The notes below the pieces were generated by a model that made no database searches, had not been told where the DNA came from, and saw only the letters and a list, made by a program, of their open reading frames with translations. The translations under genes and the position numbers were made by a program. 64,000 nucleotides of DNA from Alphaproteobacteria bacterium (GTDB lineage: Bacteria > Pseudomonadota > Alphaproteobacteria > CALKHQ01): the NCBI GenBank assembly GCA_965227515.1, contig CBDDFZ010000001.1, positions 3,264,001 through 3,328,000 of the forward strand, read 5' to 3'. Positions 61,374 through 64,000 of the stretch are shown here, one piece after another (position 1 is the stretch's first letter; every line of letters starts with the position of its first letter).

Positions 61374-61650
61374 GCGGCGCACCGCCTCCCCTCGCGTCAG
61401 CCACAGTGCCGACATAACTTTCAATAACGCCTGCAACCGACTGGTTGGTATGAATTAATCGGGTTGGCGGCAGTGCCCTGCTCGACGGCCGCTCCTTCAC
61501 GGGGCGGTCGTTGTTCGCACCTGCAATACGTGCTAGAAAATGCGCTCTCGGACTCGGCCCTGAGCCGACGTCCTTCCATCCGGCGCCCAGCCGGGTGCCG
61601 GTGCCGGCCATTGAACTGCTGGCGGCGATGTAGCAAGGAAAGGTGTTGAG

Positions 61651-64000
61651 TTGAGCGAACCGGGCCCACCGCGCAGGGATTCCGAGACCGTCTCCATCGT
61701 CCAGGAGATGGAGCAGTCCTACCTCGATTACGCGATGAGCGTGATCGTCAGCCGCGCGCTGCCCGACGTGCGCGACGGCCTGAAGCCGGTGCATCGGCGC
61801 ATCCTCTACACGATGAAAATCAATGGGCGGGACTACAACCGCCCCTACCGCAAGTCGGCCACCACGGTCGGCGACGTGATGGGCCGCCTGCACCCGCATG
61901 GCGACCAGGCGATCTATGACGCGCTGGTGCGCATGGCGCAGCCGTTCTCGATGCGGCTGATGCTGATCGACGGCCAGGGCAATTTCGGCTCCATGGACGG
62001 TGATCCGCCGGCGGCGATGCGCTACACCGAGTCCCGCCTAGCCCGCGCGTCGCACGAATTGCTGGCGGATATCGATGAGGACACGGTCGAGTTCCGGCCG
62101 AACTACGACGAATCCGCCGAGGAGCCGACGGTCCTGCCGGCCCGCCTGCCCAACATGCTGGTCAACGGCGCCAATGGCATCGCGGTCGGCATGGCCACCA
62201 ACATCCCGCCGCACAATCTGCGCGAAGTGGTGGCCGCCTGCCTGGCCTATCTGGACAACCCGGCGATCGGCATCGACGAGCTGATCGACATCGTGCCGGG
62301 ACCGGACTTCCCGACCGGCGGACTGATCCTGGGCCGGTCCGGCATCCGCTCCGCCTATCACACCGGGCGTGGCAGCGTGGTGATGCGCGGTAAGACCTCG
62401 TTCGAGGAACGGCCCAACGACCGCTGGGCGATCATCGTCGAAGAGGTGCCGTTCCAGTGCAACAAGGCGCGCATGGTGGAGCGTATCGCCGAGGTGGTGA
62501 ACGACAAGGTCGTCGAGGGCATCTCCGAGCTGCGCGACGAATCCGACCGCCACGGCGTGCGGGTGGTGATCGAACTGAAGCGCGATGCCGAGCGCGAGGT
62601 GGTGCTGAACCAGCTCTACCGCCACACCCCGCTGCAAAGCACGTTCGGCGTCAACATGCTGGCGCTGGACCAGGGCCGGCCGGAAACGCTTGATCTGAAG
62701 CGCGCGATTTCCGCCTTCGTCGATTTCCGCGAGGAAGTGGTCACCCGGCGCACACGCTATCGCCTGGGCCGTGCTCGCGAACGCGCGCATATCCTGATCG
62801 GGCTGGCGGTTGCGGTCGCCAATATCGACCCGATCATCGAGGCCATCCGCAGCGCCGCCGACCCCGAGGAGGCACGCCAAGCCCTGGTGGGCCGTCCCTG
62901 GCCGGCCGCCGACGTGGCGCCGCTGATCCGGCTGGTAGACGAGCCCGGCCGCACGGTGGCCGAGGACGGCACCTACCGGCTGTCCGAGGACCAGGCCAAG
63001 GCGATCCTGGAACTGCGCCTGCAGCGGTTGACCGGCCTGGAGCGCGAGAAGATCGCCAACGACCTGCAGGAGATCGTCGACGCCATCGCCGAGTTGCTGG
63101 CGATCCTGGGCGACCGCGAGCGGCTGCTCAACGTGATCCGCGACGAGCTGAACCAGATGGTGGAGCTGTTCGGCGACGACCGGCGCACCGAGATTGTCGA
63201 CGCCGAGTTCGACCAGGACGACGAGGACCTGATCCAGCGTGAGGACATGGTGGTCACCATCACCCACGCCGGTTACGTCAAGCGCGTGCCGCTGGCGACC
63301 TATCGCCCGCAGCGGCGCGGCGGCAAGGGCCGGTCCGGCATGTCGACCCGCGAGGAGGACTTCGTCACCCAGGTCATCGTCGCCAACACCCACACCCCGC
63401 TGCTGGTCTTCACGACCCGCGGCATGGTCTACCTGACCAAGGTCTACCGCCTGCCGGTCGCGGCGCCGAACGCGCGCGGCCGTCCGCTGGTGAACCTGTT
63501 GTCGGTGGAACAGGGCGAGACCCCGTCGACCATCCTGCAATTGCCGGACGACGAGAGCCTGGCCGACGACATGACGGTGGTGTTCGCCACCGCCAGCGGC
63601 AACGTGCGGCGCAACAAGCTCTCCGACTTCACCAACGTGATGTCGAACGGCAAGATCGCGATGAAGCTGGACGAGGGCGACCGGCTGATCGGCGTGCGCA
63701 TCTGCACCGGCGACGACGACGTCATGCTGTCCACCCGCTCCGGCCGCTGCATCCGCTTTGCCGCCGACGACGTGCGCATCTTCGCCGGCCGGACCTCAAC
63801 CGGCGTGCGCGGTATCCGTCTGCAGGATGGCGACGAGGTGATGTCGCTGTCGATCCTGCGCCATGTCGACGCCAGCCCGGCCGAGCGCGAGGCCTATATC
63901 CGCATGGCCGCGCTGATGCGGCGCAGCGGCGAGGACGAGGCCCCGGAAGAGGCCGAGACCGATCAGCAGGACACCATTTCGCCGGAGCGCTATGCCGAAA
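61651..64000 (+). CDS. gyrA: DNA gyrase subunit A, truncated by window edge
   Basis: TTG start; [40 protein letters not shown], GyrA-box QRRGGKG at ~63310. Confidence 0.97.
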   Translation, partial: MSEPGPPRRDSETVSIVQEMEQSYLDYAMSVIVSRALPDVRDGLKPVHRRILYTMKINGRDYNRPYRKSATTVGDVMGRLHPHGDQAIYDALVRMAQPFSMRLMLIDGQGNFGSMDGDPPAAMRYTESRLARASHELLADIDEDTVEFRPNYDESAEEPTVLPARLPNMLVNGANGIAVGMATNIPPHNLREVVAACLAYLDNPAIGIDELIDIVPGPDFPTGGLILGRSGIRSAYHTGRGSVVMRGKTSFEERPNDRWAIIVEEVPFQCNKARMVERIAEVVNDKVVEGISELRDESDRHGVRVVIELKRDAEREVVLNQLYRHTPLQSTFGVNMLALDQGRPETLDLKRAISAFVDFREEVVTRRTRYRLGRARERAHILIGLAVAVANIDPIIEAIRSAADPEEARQALVGRPWPAADVAPLIRLVDEPGRTVAEDGTYRLSEDQAKAILELRLQRLTGLEREKIANDLQEIVDAIAELLAILGDRERLLNVIRDELNQMVELFGDDRRTEIVDAEFDQDDEDLIQREDMVVTITHAGYVKRVPLATYRPQRRGGKGRSGMSTREEDFVTQVIVANTHTPLLVFTTRGMVYLTKVYRLPVAAPNARGRPLVNLLSVEQGETPSTILQLPDDESLADDMTVVFATASGNVRRNKLSDFTNVMSNGKIAMKLDEGDRLIGVRICTGDDDVMLSTRSGRCIRFAADDVRIFAGRTSTGVRGIRLQDGDEVMSLSILRHVDASPAEREAYIRMAALMRRSGEDEAPEEAETDQQDTISPERYAE

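Noticed and set aside
62038-63540. 500-aa minus-strand ORF
   Set aside because: Antisense to gyrA, which the ORF track missed because it runs off the window

Overview
GC-rich alphaproteobacterial (Rhodospirillales-like) chromosomal window. From left to right: the start of a probable CHASE2 sensor with OmpA and FecR genes; a YcbB-type L,D-transpeptidase; an unassigned catabolic cluster (DHDPS-like, enolase superfamily, PhyH dioxygenase, RraA-like); an orphan histidine kinase with a TRAP transporter; an ECF sigma/anti-sigma pair whose GGAAT-N18-GTT promoter occurs three times and appears to drive an uncharacterised three-gene locus with two paralogues and a conserved leader; a SAM-II riboswitch upstream of a cysG-cysI-cysH-rhodanese-metZ operon; ppk2; a pxpABC/biotin carboxylase/BCCP cluster with bioY; a nickel-pincer larA-C-E-B cluster with TRAP, nikR and HupE/UreJ; uvrA; a ~7 kb variable region; then ssb and the 5' part of gyrA. 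The variable region holds a lipoprotein, a two-domain peptidoglycan hydrolase, an IS5, an IS110 inserted into a 130-bp palindromic MITE, bfr and bfd. The IS110 bridge-RNA guides, CT core and circle-junction promoter can be read directly from the sequence. No rRNA, tRNA or CRISPR array was seen. All assignments come from motif recognition by eye; no database search was run.
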